Positions 8,362 to 17,687 of a stretch of 60,202 bases of DNA are shown here, one piece after another; position 1 is the stretch's first letter; each line of letters begins with the position of its first letter. Position numbers and translations under genes: made by a program. The stretch covers positions 1 to 60,202 of the forward strand of contig DAHWFG010000348.1 of assembly GCA_027325115.1 (NCBI GenBank), read 5' to 3'. The notes under the pieces are model-generated. The model saw only the letters and a list, made by a program, of their open reading frames with translations. It was not told the DNA's origin and made no database searches. The DNA comes from Isosphaeraceae bacterium. Its GTDB lineage: Bacteria > Planctomycetota > Planctomycetia > Isosphaerales > Isosphaeraceae.

Positions 8362-9699
8362 TCAAAATCGAGTCATCTGTTTTTCCATGCCGTAAGGGAC
8401 GACTTTAAAACCGCGCCGCTTGCTCATACCAAGTAGTGCGGTTTTCATTTGCTTTTGTTCCTCGATGCGATCGGCACGACCGGAATGAGTGAGCGCGGCC
8501 TCACGAAGCCGCGCGATCGCCGATTCGCCGCCGACCTCTTCCAAATCGAGCAGGAACACGAGATCCCCTTGGGAGGGCTTAATCCGTTCGATCAATTCGA
8601 CGATTGATCGCACGTGCGCCTCGGATCGTTCCCTTCCTCCAGCGCCCGTAAGTACGAGCAAGTCGAGCGGAATCTCCGCCGCCTTAGCCGCCGTGATGAA
8701 CGAATCGAGCGAGGAATCGGCCCAGTCGCGTGCGAATACCGCTCGAATCAATCGATCCCCAGAAATCACACCGAGAGCCGTCCGATCGAGTCCTCGTTCA
8801 CGATAATCCGCGAGCCGATTTGGATCGGGAACCTCCGGCGAAAAATCGTCGATCAAACAACGCACGCTCACGGCGCGACCGCTCGCCGACGTCGCGTCTC
8901 GATCCCCCTCTGTTTCGAGGAGCGGGAATGATTCGGCGATCGCATCGAGATATCCAAAAATATCGGTGTACGGTCGCGTGAAGACGTCGCCCCCCGCCAG
9001 ATAGATGGATTTCGCCTGGAGAACCCGTCGGCCCCAGATCCGCGCGACGCGCTCGGCGTGAGCCTGAAAATCCTCGACGCTCCGCACGCGATGTGCGGGC
9101 ACGGTCGATCCACCGAATCCAACTCCTCGAGGATGTCCAATCGTCGCCTCGAGAACGATCGACCGCTCGCTTCCAGGTGGAAGAAACGGAGGATCGCCGA
9201 ATTGCTCGCGATACCGCTCGCGCTGGGCGAACCACGCAGCCGCATCCCAACGAGCCGCTCGATCTAGAACGACTGCCAATTCATCGAGTTCAAGCATTTG
9301 AACCCCGCCGGGAGGGCTCGCCGAATCGACGTGTTTGGATTCGATCGCCTCGAGCAGGTGAAGCGCAGTTGATCGCACAACGTCGTCGAATTCGGTCGCG
9401 TCGACATACGCCAGCTTGCGTCTTTTGAGCACGAGATTCGCGCCCTCGCGACCGCGATCCACCGCGGTCGTCATCGAGTCGAGCCCCTTGTAATAATGAA
9501 CCCCCGACACAAAAGCGTGCAGCCAACGACCTTCCAGATCGAAATGAAAAATCGGTTCGTCGCCGTAATAAAGTGATAATCCATCGGGCTTCATTCCCGC
9601 GAAAACGAGTTCGTTATCCTTGAGATGAAGGCCGATTCGCCGCGGAAACGCCGTTCCTGTCTCAAGCAAACATGCGGCCTCGGTGCGATGATCCCCCAT
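8362..9699 (-). CDS. Hypothetical 445-aa protein, no family recognised
   Basis: This is a long ORF with ordinary globular composition. The C-terminal half alternates beta and alpha segments like a TIM barrel (SIYLAGGDVF.., LDLLVLTGAGGRE.., DLVFLLDLEE). There is no CxxxCxxC cluster. Confidence 0.6.
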   Translation of the reverse strand: MGDHRTEAACLLETGTAFPRRIGLHLKDNELVFAGMKPDGLSLYYGDEPIFHFDLEGRWLHAFVSGVHYYKGLDSMTTAVDRGREGANLVLKRRKLAYVDATEFDDVVRSTALHLLEAIESKHVDSASPPGGVQMLELDELAVVLDRAARWDAAAWFAQRERYREQFGDPPFLPPGSERSIVLEATIGHPRGVGFGGSTVPAHRVRSVEDFQAHAERVARIWGRRVLQAKSIYLAGGDVFTRPYTDIFGYLDAIAESFPLLETEGDRDATSASGRAVSVRCLIDDFSPEVPDPNRLADYRERGLDRTALGVISGDRLIRAVFARDWADSSLDSFITAAKAAEIPLDLLVLTGAGGRERSEAHVRSIVELIERIKPSQGDLVFLLDLEEVGGESAIARLREAALTHSGRADRIEEQKQMKTALLGMSKRRGFKVVPYGMEKQMTRF

Positions 9700-9909
9700 A
9701 AGTCGTCCAAACTCCTCGTCTTTGCGATCGCTCTACCTCGGGCTTGGCCGCGAATTCGGCCTCAACGCCGTTCGACCGAACGATTATAATCCCGCCGCGA
9801 ACCGAATGGGATGGAGCCGACACGCCGTACGAGCCGCGGCCGACATTGCAAGGAACCCGCCGTGCCGAACGAATCGATATTCAGTCGGATCGATCGACCC
9901 ATTTTCCTG

Positions 9910-11607
9910 ATGAAGCGATCGATCGATCGCGCGATCCTCACCCACCCGCTTCGGCGGCTTTGGATCGAGGCCGCGTCGATCGTCACGGTCGCGCTGACAA
10001 TCGCGTTGGCGGGCAACGGACGTTCAAGCCTGTGGGATCGTGACGAGCCCCGCTTCGCGTGCGCGGTGCGCGAGATGCGCGCCCGCGGCGACTGGATCAC
10101 CCCGACGTTCAACGGCGAACCAAGATATAATAAACCAATACTTATTTATTGGTTGATGCGCGCCGCGACCTCGATCGCCGGCGACGGCCCCTTCGGCGCG
10201 CGGCTTGTCTCGGCGGTCGCGGGAACATGTACGTGTTTGTTGGTGTGGGGACTCGGTCGAAGATTACTAGGGCCCGAGGCGGGCTTGCTCGCGGCGTTTA
10301 TCCACGCAACCGCTCCGATCGCCGTGGTCGAGGCCAAATTGGCGACAGCCGACGCCGTGCTGGCTCTCTTGATCGTCGGGTGTCAATTTTGTTTATGGGA
10401 ACTGTCGAAGCGGCCGTCGCGAACGCTCGCGGCTCTGTTTTGGAGCCTCGCGGCGCTTGCGACATTGGACAAAGGCCCCGTCGGCCCCCTCCTGATCGCC
10501 GCCGCCGCGGTCGCCTCCATCCTTTTGGGCGGGTCGCGGACCGCAATCAAAAATCTATATCCACGATTCGGAATCCCTTTATTTGTCATGATCGTCGCGC
10601 CGTGGTTGATCGCGATCGGCGTGGTTTCACATGGCGAGTTTTTCCGCGTCGCGATCGCCGAGCAATTTTTGGGGCGCATCGCCAGGGGGGTTGAAAAGCA
10701 CGAAGGATTCCCAGGCTATTACGCCGCGGTCTCGATGATCGCGTATTATCCCTGGTCGGCGATTCTTCCCGCGGCGGTCGTTGCGATTTGGTCGAAACGA
10801 CGCGTTCGAGCCGAGGCGCCGTTCTTACTCGGCTGGATGATCGGCCCGTGGATTTTGCTGGAAATCCCCCGCACCAAGATTATTCATTATTATTTATCCT
10901 CTTATCCGGCGATCGCGTTGATCGCGGCGCGGCTGATCGTCGATCTGGCCGCCGATGTCGCCGATCTTCGGCGTCGGCCGCTCGGTCGGTTGTCGATCGG
11001 ACTGTTGGGAGGAGTAGGGATCGGTCTCGCGGTCGTGATCGTCGCCGCGGGTTTCGTTTTCCCTGATCCTTTAAAAATCCCTTGTATCATTATAGGATTG
11101 ATCGTACTTGTCGGGGTCGTCGCGGCGATGGCGCGATTTCAGGCGGGGCGCGGGTTCGCCGCGGCGTGGGGGCTTGTCGTAAGCTGGGGGCTGGCGACCG
11201 CGATCGCCGGCGGCTGGGCGATTCCCGCGGCCGAGCCTTTCCGTACGTCGCGCTCGGTCGCCGAGCGCCTTTCCGAATGGTCGAAACGAGAGAAGCTCGA
11301 ATGCGTCCTGGGATCGTATCAAGAGCCTGGAATCATTTATACGCTCGGCGAACCGACTCGGCTCGTTCGCGGCCGCGACGAATGGATCACGCTTTTGCGC
11401 GATCATAAGCCCGTCGTCGCCCCGCTGTTGCCGCTTGAGATGAGCGTGCTGAGGCGCGAGCCCGAGCTTTCTCTCGATGTCCTTGAGACGATGCGGATCT
11501 TCAATTTCACCCGCGCGCAAAGCGACGTCATCCAATTTGTTCGCGTCGGTCGCATCGAAAAATCCGCCGCGAATCGCACCAAAAATGCGCAGATTATTAA
11601 TAACTAA
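9910..11607 (+). CDS. Polytopic membrane glycosyltransferase, GT39/GT83 (ArnT/PMT-like)
   Basis: The first-loop signature LWDRDEPRFACAVREMRARGDWITPTFNGEPRYNKPILIYWLMRA is followed by at least 10 hydrophobic segments. The start was chosen at ATG 9910 (MKRSIDRA); the ORF opens at 9811. Confidence 0.7.
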   Translation: MKRSIDRAILTHPLRRLWIEAASIVTVALTIALAGNGRSSLWDRDEPRFACAVREMRARGDWITPTFNGEPRYNKPILIYWLMRAATSIAGDGPFGARLVSAVAGTCTCLLVWGLGRRLLGPEAGLLAAFIHATAPIAVVEAKLATADAVLALLIVGCQFCLWELSKRPSRTLAALFWSLAALATLDKGPVGPLLIAAAAVASILLGGSRTAIKNLYPRFGIPLFVMIVAPWLIAIGVVSHGEFFRVAIAEQFLGRIARGVEKHEGFPGYYAAVSMIAYYPWSAILPAAVVAIWSKRRVRAEAPFLLGWMIGPWILLEIPRTKIIHYYLSSYPAIALIAARLIVDLAADVADLRRRPLGRLSIGLLGGVGIGLAVVIVAAGFVFPDPLKIPCIIIGLIVLVGVVAAMARFQAGRGFAAAWGLVVSWGLATAIAGGWAIPAAEPFRTSRSVAERLSEWSKREKLECVLGSYQEPGIIYTLGEPTRLVRGRDEWITLLRDHKPVVAPLLPLEMSVLRREPELSLDVLETMRIFNFTRAQSDVIQFVRVGRIEKSAANRTKNAQIINN

Positions 11608-11615
11608 GTTAGTAT

Positions 11616-12941
11616 TTATTTGGATTGCTTAATCGCATCCAGACTTTTAGAAACATTCATTAATGCTCGCGAAGTGTGATAATTCGCCTTCCATGCGTCG
11701 GCTTTGGATTCGCCGTCGGTTTTTTTTCCGTCGCGGGTCGTTTGTCGCAGCCTGCCGCCGTGTTTGGAATCGATCATATGGCTTTCAATAAATTTCCATT
11801 GTTTGCGAAACGCGGCCGCGTAACGGTCGGTTTCGCGTCCGAATCGCGTATGCATCAGCGAAAGCGCGTTGAGTCCCTCGTCTTGCGTCCACCACACTTT
11901 TTCCAAAGCGAACGGTTCGCCCGCGATCGCTTCTCCCTTATCGTAAAACCCGCCGTATTTGTCGTCCCAGCCGTGAAACAGCGCGTGATCGACGAGATCG
12001 CGCGTAATGCGCCTGGTTTTGGGATCGTCGGCGATGTTCAATCCGCGTGCGGCCTCATCAAGCAGATACGCCGCCTCGACGTCGTGGCCGAACGAATCGT
12101 GCGCGGGGACGGCGCGCCAATCGACCGTGAAATACAAATTGAGCGCACCGGGCTCGACCGTGATCTTATCGCGAACAATCAAAAATAATTCATGAAATCG
12201 ATTCTGAACAACCTCGCGCTTATCGACGCGCGATAGAACCGTGAGAGCTTCTAGTAGATGAATATGTGAATTCATCGTTTTATAACCGCGGGGGATTCCC
12301 AGCCGATCGACCCGCGCCGATCGGGGCGCGGCGGGTTCGAGCTTGACGAGCGGAGTGCCGTCGCGTTCGAGCGCCTCAAAATAGCCGCCGTTCACCGCAT
12401 CGTGCGCGTGTGAATCGAGAAAATCGAAAGCGTCTCGCGCCGTTTTGAGAGCCGTTTCGTCGTGCGCGATTTCATAAACCGTCGCCGCGGCGTAGATCAC
12501 GAATGCGAGCCCGTACGCGTGCTTTTCGTGAGAATCGGCGTGATGGATTCGCCGCGAGCGATCGATTTCCCAAAAAAATCCGCCGTGATCACGATCGCGC
12601 ATCGCTCCATCAAGAAATGCGATCCCGTGCCGCGCGTAACCGAGATATTCGTCGCGATCCTCCGGCGAAAAAGCCGCGAACGCCGCCGCGGTCCACGTCA
12701 TTCGCGATTGATAGACGATCGACGCCTTGGGATCGGCAAGTAAAGTCCAATCGTCGGCCATGTTTTGATGAAACCCGCCCCGTTCGCGATCGACCGCGTG
12801 AGGATACCAGTGTGCTTTGAGATCGGATCGTAGCTCGGCGTCGATCTTCGGTTTCAGATCCGAAAGATCGTCGCCGCGCGATGTTCCCGATAAAAGCCGG
12901 ACCGCGAGGACGATCGAAATCCCGATCGCCCCGCGGCGCAT
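11616..12941 (-). CDS. AGE-family (N-acylglucosamine 2-epimerase-like) sugar epimerase/isomerase, secreted
   Basis: Supporting stretches are WYPHAVDRERGGFHQNM, DRDHGGFFWEID, AVNGGYFEAL, DDKYGGFYDKG and WWTQDEGLNAL. These form the repeated GG[FY] alpha/alpha-barrel pattern of the AGE family. Signal peptide: MRRGAIGISIVLAVRLLSG. Confidence 0.7.
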   Translation of the reverse strand: MRRGAIGISIVLAVRLLSGTSRGDDLSDLKPKIDAELRSDLKAHWYPHAVDRERGGFHQNMADDWTLLADPKASIVYQSRMTWTAAAFAAFSPEDRDEYLGYARHGIAFLDGAMRDRDHGGFFWEIDRSRRIHHADSHEKHAYGLAFVIYAAATVYEIAHDETALKTARDAFDFLDSHAHDAVNGGYFEALERDGTPLVKLEPAAPRSARVDRLGIPRGYKTMNSHIHLLEALTVLSRVDKREVVQNRFHELFLIVRDKITVEPGALNLYFTVDWRAVPAHDSFGHDVEAAYLLDEAARGLNIADDPKTRRITRDLVDHALFHGWDDKYGGFYDKGEAIAGEPFALEKVWWTQDEGLNALSLMHTRFGRETDRYAAAFRKQWKFIESHMIDSKHGGRLRQTTRDGKKTDGESKADAWKANYHTSRALMNVSKSLDAIKQSK

Positions 12942-13091
12942 AATCGCACGCCCCCAAGATCGAATGCGATCGGTCGAGCCGCGATGCGCGGTCGCGACCC
13001 CGCAAGCAACGGGTTGATTGCGCGTGTCGCACGACGCGGCGATCGATCGCAATCGACGGGTCCAATCCATGTTCGTTCCGTTCGTGACGGG

Positions 13092-13751
13092 TCAATCTTT
13101 CGCCTTGATCTCGATATCTTTGTATCGAACTTCCATCGGCGGCCCCACATGCACCTGAAGCGCGATCACGCCCCGTTTGTCGAATTTGGGATCGACGCGA
13201 TCGATAATCTTGACGCCGTTAAAGTGAATAATCACATGATCACCCTTGGCGTCGATCTCGAAATCGTTCCAATCTCCTTTTTTGACGAGTTTGTTCGCCT
13301 TTTCCTCGGGGTATCGTTCGAGAATCCCCCTGCCCCGTTCCTCATACAGGAGACCCCAGTAACCGTCGGCGACGTCGGCCTGCGGGCCCGACACCGCGCC
13401 GTCGGCGGCGCGCTTGCTGCGAAACTGGATCCCCGAGTTGCCGTTCTTGAATTTGACCTTCGCCTTCAGGACGAAATCGCCGTAATCCTTCGCCGTGACG
13501 AGGAATTCGTTCTTTTTGAGATCGCCCTTGGTGCGTCCCACGATCTCGTCGTTCTCGACGGTGAAGAGCATCTTATCATCGGGGGTCACCCAGCCCGTCA
13601 GGTCTTTGCCGTTGAAGAGGGGAGTGAAGGAGTCGTCGTCGGCCGCGGCGAAGACGTTCGCCGATCGCGCCCCCCGGCTTCCCACGATCAGCGCCCCCCC
13701 CGCAGGAACAAGCGCCGAGGCGCGGCTCAAGAAAAATCGTCGCGTGATCAT
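13092..13751 (-). CDS. DUF1080 (3-keto-disaccharide hydrolase-like) domain protein with a Tat-like signal
   Basis: N-terminus: MITRRFFLSRASALVPAGG. It is followed by FNGKDLTGW, NSGIQFRS, GYWGLLYEE and ALQVH..VRYKDIEIK, typical of the DUF1080 lectin-fold family common in Planctomycetes. Confidence 0.75.
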   Translation of the reverse strand: MITRRFFLSRASALVPAGGALIVGSRGARSANVFAAADDDSFTPLFNGKDLTGWVTPDDKMLFTVENDEIVGRTKGDLKKNEFLVTAKDYGDFVLKAKVKFKNGNSGIQFRSKRAADGAVSGPQADVADGYWGLLYEERGRGILERYPEEKANKLVKKGDWNDFEIDAKGDHVIIHFNGVKIIDRVDPKFDKRGVIALQVHVGPPMEVRYKDIEIKAKD

Positions 13752-14120
13752 GTTCTGTATCCGTTATTGTCGCGGGTATGAGATCAACCGCCGGCTCGCG
13801 TCGGCCATGGTGTGAAAATCGAATTGTGACGCGGCGGAGTTCGCGGGTCAACACTTCGCCGTGGGACGCATCGAACGCGCCGTTTTGAAACCGTCCTCAA
13901 CCATTTCGAAGCCATCGTATATTGATGTGTGTTGTTAATGTGGTGAGACGCAATTTCACAACAGCCGTCGATCGCGACGGGGCCGTTCATTTTCGGATTC
14001 GTGTACCGAACCAATCCGCGGGCGACTGGCCGATTCTTCCCGTTTTCGTTACACTTGAACTCGTGATTTCCCAAACCAAACCGATCCACACGCATTTGCG
14101 CAATCGAGAATCAAGCTTTG

Positions 14121-15092
14121 ATGTCATTCGCCGACGATCTGAAAGCTTTTGGACCCGATTCCACGCGATCGCTCACGCTCGCCGAAGCCAAACGCTACTG
14201 CGCGCAACTCGCCGCCAATCATTACGAGAACTTCAGCGTCGTTTCGTTTCTCACACCCCCCGAACTCCGCGAATCGTTTCAATGCGTTTACGCCTTCTGC
14301 CGCTGGTCCGACGACCTCGGCGATGAAATCGGCGACCCTGAACGGTCGCTTGAACTCCTCGCGTGGTGGCGCGGGGAACTCAACGCGATGTATGCGGGGT
14401 CTTCCAAACACCCCGTGATGATCGCGCTCGCCGAGACCGTTGAGAGCAAACGGATCCCGATCGATCCCTTCGAGGCGCTCATCTCGGCGTTTGAACAAGA
14501 TCAAACAGTTAACGAATACCAATCAATCGATCAACTGCTCGATTATTGCACCCGCTCGGCCGATCCCGTCGGTCGACTCGTCCTTTATCTGGGGGGCGTT
14601 TTCAACGACGAAAACGCGCGGCTGTCCGATCTCACATGTTCGGCGCTCCAATTGGCGAATTTTTGGCAGGACGTCGCTCGCGACCTGGCGATCGGACGGA
14701 TTTACCTCCCGCGCGACGATCGCGTCCGATTCGGGGTTTCCGAAGAAGAACTCAAGGCGCTGAAGTTCACCCCCGCGTTCGCCGAACTCCTCGCGTTCGA
14801 GGTCGATCGAGCCCGATGTATGCTGATACAAGGACGCGAGCTTATTCCCAGGCTCAAGGGACGATTCCGGCTCGCGGTCGATTTGTTCAATCGCGGCGGA
14901 TCGGCGATTTTGCACGCGATCGAACGCTCGGGCTTTGACGTTTTGACGGAACGCCCTCGGTTGTCCAAAATGGATAAGTTATATTTAATCATAAAAGCGA
15001 TTGTTGGTATCGAGCCGCGACCGATTCGGCGTTTGGAGATCCGCGACGATTGCGTGCGAGTCGCTTCGAGTCGAACGGGGGAGCGGGCGTGA
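14121..15092 (+). CDS. hpnC: Hydroxysqualene synthase HpnC (squalene/phytoene synthase family)
   Basis: Motifs are HYENFSV, the Asp-rich box WSDDLGDE and QDVARDLAIGRIYLP. It is the first of three overlapping genes. The start is ATG 14121, one codon after TTG 14118. Confidence 0.8.
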   Translation: MSFADDLKAFGPDSTRSLTLAEAKRYCAQLAANHYENFSVVSFLTPPELRESFQCVYAFCRWSDDLGDEIGDPERSLELLAWWRGELNAMYAGSSKHPVMIALAETVESKRIPIDPFEALISAFEQDQTVNEYQSIDQLLDYCTRSADPVGRLVLYLGGVFNDENARLSDLTCSALQLANFWQDVARDLAIGRIYLPRDDRVRFGVSEEELKALKFTPAFAELLAFEVDRARCMLIQGRELIPRLKGRFRLAVDLFNRGGSAILHAIERSGFDVLTERPRLSKMDKLYLIIKAIVGIEPRPIRRLEIRDDCVRVASSRTGERA

Positions 15093-15988
15093 ATCGCGAA
15101 TTGAAAGCGAGTTATCGCCATTGCGTCGGAGTCGCCCGGCGGGAGGCGCGCAATTTTTATCCGACGTTCTGGCTGCTCCCCCCCGAGAAAAGGCGCGGGA
15201 TGTGCGCTCTGTATGCTTTTATGCGTAAAACCGACGACATCGCCGACGACGAAGGCGACGACGACGCCAAGCGCGCGGCGCTCGACGCGTGGTCGCACGA
15301 ATTAACGTCGACCGCGACCGGGAGATTCGAGGGCTCTTGGCCGGGACGATTCGCCCTCGCCGATTGTATCGCTCGGCATCAAATGCCGGCCGATCTCCTC
15401 GCCGCGACGATCAAAGGCGTGCGAATGGACGTCGATCGTCGTAAATATCAAACATTTGATGATCTTTATGATTACTGTTATCATGTCGCGTCGGTCGTCG
15501 GGATCGCGTGCTTGTATGTTTGGGGTTTTGATCGAACGGGGGATTCGGCGATTCGTCGTGCCGAGGCGTGCGGAATCGCGCTCCAGTTGACGAACATCCT
15601 TCGCGACGTGCGCGAGGACGCCGACCGCGGCCGCGTTTATTTACCCGCCGAGGATCTCGATCGATTCGGCGTTTCGGTCGACGAGCTGCGCGGCGATCGG
15701 CCGGGAGATAAGGCGCGTTCGCTTTTCGCGTTTGAGGCCGATCGCGCCTACAGCTATTATGAACGCGCGCGCGGGCTCGACCGGTTCGTCGACCCCGTCG
15801 GCAGGCCGATTTTGCGGGCGATCTCGGGGGTTTATCGGGCGTTGCTCGACGAAATCCGGGCGCGCGATTACGAAGTTCTCAAGGGAAAGATCTCGCTTTC
15901 TCGCGGACGCAAGCTGCTGATCCTGGCACGATCGCTGGGGACTCGGTTCCAACGCGTCCAAACCGCCGCGGAGCCCGAATTCGGATGA
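15089..15988 (+). CDS. hpnD: Presqualene diphosphate synthase HpnD
   Basis: Motifs are ARNFYPTFWLL, YAFMRKTDDIADD and LRDVREDADRGRVYLP. GTG 15089 overlaps the hpnC stop (GTGA). The ORF track starts it at 15050. Confidence 0.8.
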   Translation: MNRELKASYRHCVGVARREARNFYPTFWLLPPEKRRGMCALYAFMRKTDDIADDEGDDDAKRAALDAWSHELTSTATGRFEGSWPGRFALADCIARHQMPADLLAATIKGVRMDVDRRKYQTFDDLYDYCYHVASVVGIACLYVWGFDRTGDSAIRRAEACGIALQLTNILRDVREDADRGRVYLPAEDLDRFGVSVDELRGDRPGDKARSLFAFEADRAYSYYERARGLDRFVDPVGRPILRAISGVYRALLDEIRARDYEVLKGKISLSRGRKLLILARSLGTRFQRVQTAAEPEFG

Positions 15989-17475
15989 AAACGGTTACTC
16001 ACTTACCTACGTCCGTCAACTTTGATCGTCCCGCGCCTCCTCGCGTTGTGATCGTGGGGGGAGGCCTCGCGGGGCTCGCCGCCGCCGCGGCGCTTACCGG
16101 TCACGATCTCCAGATCACGCTGCTCGAAAGCCGACCCAGGCTGGGAGGGAGAGCCGGATCGTTCGTCGACCCCGCGTCGGGAGAGCTTGTCGATAATTGC
16201 CAACATGTCGGTATGGCTTGCTGTGTGAATCTGATCGATTTTTGCGAGCGAGTGGGCGTCGCCGATCTGTTCAAACGCGATCCCGTCATCGTCTTCGTGG
16301 GGCCCGACGGCCGCGTTTCCAAGATGAGCGCGGGGCGCATTCCCGCGCCGTTTCATTTAACGGCAAGTATGCTCAAGCTTTCGTTCTTAACATTCCTGGA
16401 TAAATTAAGAATCGCTTACGGCATGGCGCGATTACGGTTCGACGCCGCGGGTAAGCCGGGAGAAACGTTTGAATCCTGGCTCAAAAGACATGCGCAAAAC
16501 GACAGGACGATTGAACGGTTTTGGGGCTCGGTGCTCGTCTCGGCGCTCAACGAACGGCTCGATCGGATGGATATATTCCACGCCAGGAAAGTGTTTTTTG
16601 AGGGGTTTCTCGAAAATCGACAAGGCTACGCGCTCGATATCCCCGCGGCGCCCCTCGGTGAAATTTACGGAGTGAGGATGGAGGAATGGCTGGCGCGCAG
16701 AGGGGTCGAGGTTCGGCTCAAAACGGGCGTCAAACGCGTTGAGATCGATCACGAGTCATCGGTACAAAGCGTGATTCTACGTTCTGGAGAACGCCTTGAG
16801 GCCGATTTCGTGATCGTATCCGTCCCGTTCGATCGAATCGCCGACATGTTTCAAGCCGACGCGAACGGAAACTCCCCCGCTCCCAAATCGATCGAATCGA
16901 TCGAGGCTTCGCCGATTACGGGCGTTCATTTGTGGTTTGATAAACCCGTCTTTCCGTTCGCCCACGCTGCGATCGTCGGCAAAACGATTCAATGGGTGTT
17001 CAATCATACCGAACTGCAAGGTCGCGAGCCCGCCGGGCAGTATTTGCAGGTGGTGATCAGCGCGTCGTACGATCTCGTCGGTCGCGATAATGAATCAATC
17101 AAAGATCTTGTGCTTCAAGAATTGAGCGAACTTTGGCCCGAAGCCTCCGGGGCGAGTCTCAAGCGGTATCGAGTCGTGATCGAGCACGGAGCGACGTTCG
17201 CGGTTCGTCCCGGTATCGAAGCGCTCCGACCTCCTCAGCGAACCGCGGTCGACGGCCTCTTCTTCGCGGGCGATTGGACCGATACGGGCTGGCCCGCAAC
17301 GATGGAAGGCGCGGTTCGGAGCGGATATTTGGCGGCGGAAGGCGTCCTCGACGACCTCGGCAGGGCGCGCCGACTGCTCAAGCCCGATCTCCCCGCGGGC
17401 GCGCTCGCGCGATTCCTCCTGGGTCGAAAACCCGTCAATCGCACCATCCCCGGAGAATCGCGATCCAAACTCTAG
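15985..17475 (+). CDS. hpnE: Hydroxysqualene dehydroxylase HpnE (FAD-dependent amine-oxidase fold)
   Basis: It has the dinucleotide motif VVIVGGGLAGLAAAAAL..LLESRPRLGGR and the C-terminal FFAGDWT motif. Its start overlaps the hpnD stop (ATGA). Confidence 0.8.
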   Translation: MKTVTHLPTSVNFDRPAPPRVVIVGGGLAGLAAAAALTGHDLQITLLESRPRLGGRAGSFVDPASGELVDNCQHVGMACCVNLIDFCERVGVADLFKRDPVIVFVGPDGRVSKMSAGRIPAPFHLTASMLKLSFLTFLDKLRIAYGMARLRFDAAGKPGETFESWLKRHAQNDRTIERFWGSVLVSALNERLDRMDIFHARKVFFEGFLENRQGYALDIPAAPLGEIYGVRMEEWLARRGVEVRLKTGVKRVEIDHESSVQSVILRSGERLEADFVIVSVPFDRIADMFQADANGNSPAPKSIESIEASPITGVHLWFDKPVFPFAHAAIVGKTIQWVFNHTELQGREPAGQYLQVVISASYDLVGRDNESIKDLVLQELSELWPEASGASLKRYRVVIEHGATFAVRPGIEALRPPQRTAVDGLFFAGDWTDTGWPATMEGAVRSGYLAAEGVLDDLGRARRLLKPDLPAGALARFLLGRKPVNRTIPGESRSKL

Positions 17476-17687
17476 ATACTAGAATGCGTATATCAAGATA
17501 ATAAATATTAGCTTCATGATTTAAGATCGATCGAATCCGACGCGCCCCCGATCGTCGAGTTCTTTAAGATTCTTTTTGCATCTCTGTGCGCCGGATTGTT
17601 AAGATCTGTTCGACGGCTTGTATTGATGGACGAGACTCGGCCGTTTCGTGCGATCCGTTTGGTTGAAATCCGGCGGGAATCGATCCC

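Noticed and set aside
12984-13781. 265-aa plus-strand ORF
   Set aside because: It is antisense to the DUF1080 gene and the 5' end of the AGE gene. It is a shadow ORF.
13784-14095. 103-aa minus-strand ORF in the DUF1080/hpnC divergent region
   Set aside because: The first ~50 aa look vaguely protein-like, but the remainder is Arg/Pro-rich. There is no RBS or family match, so the evidence is insufficient.
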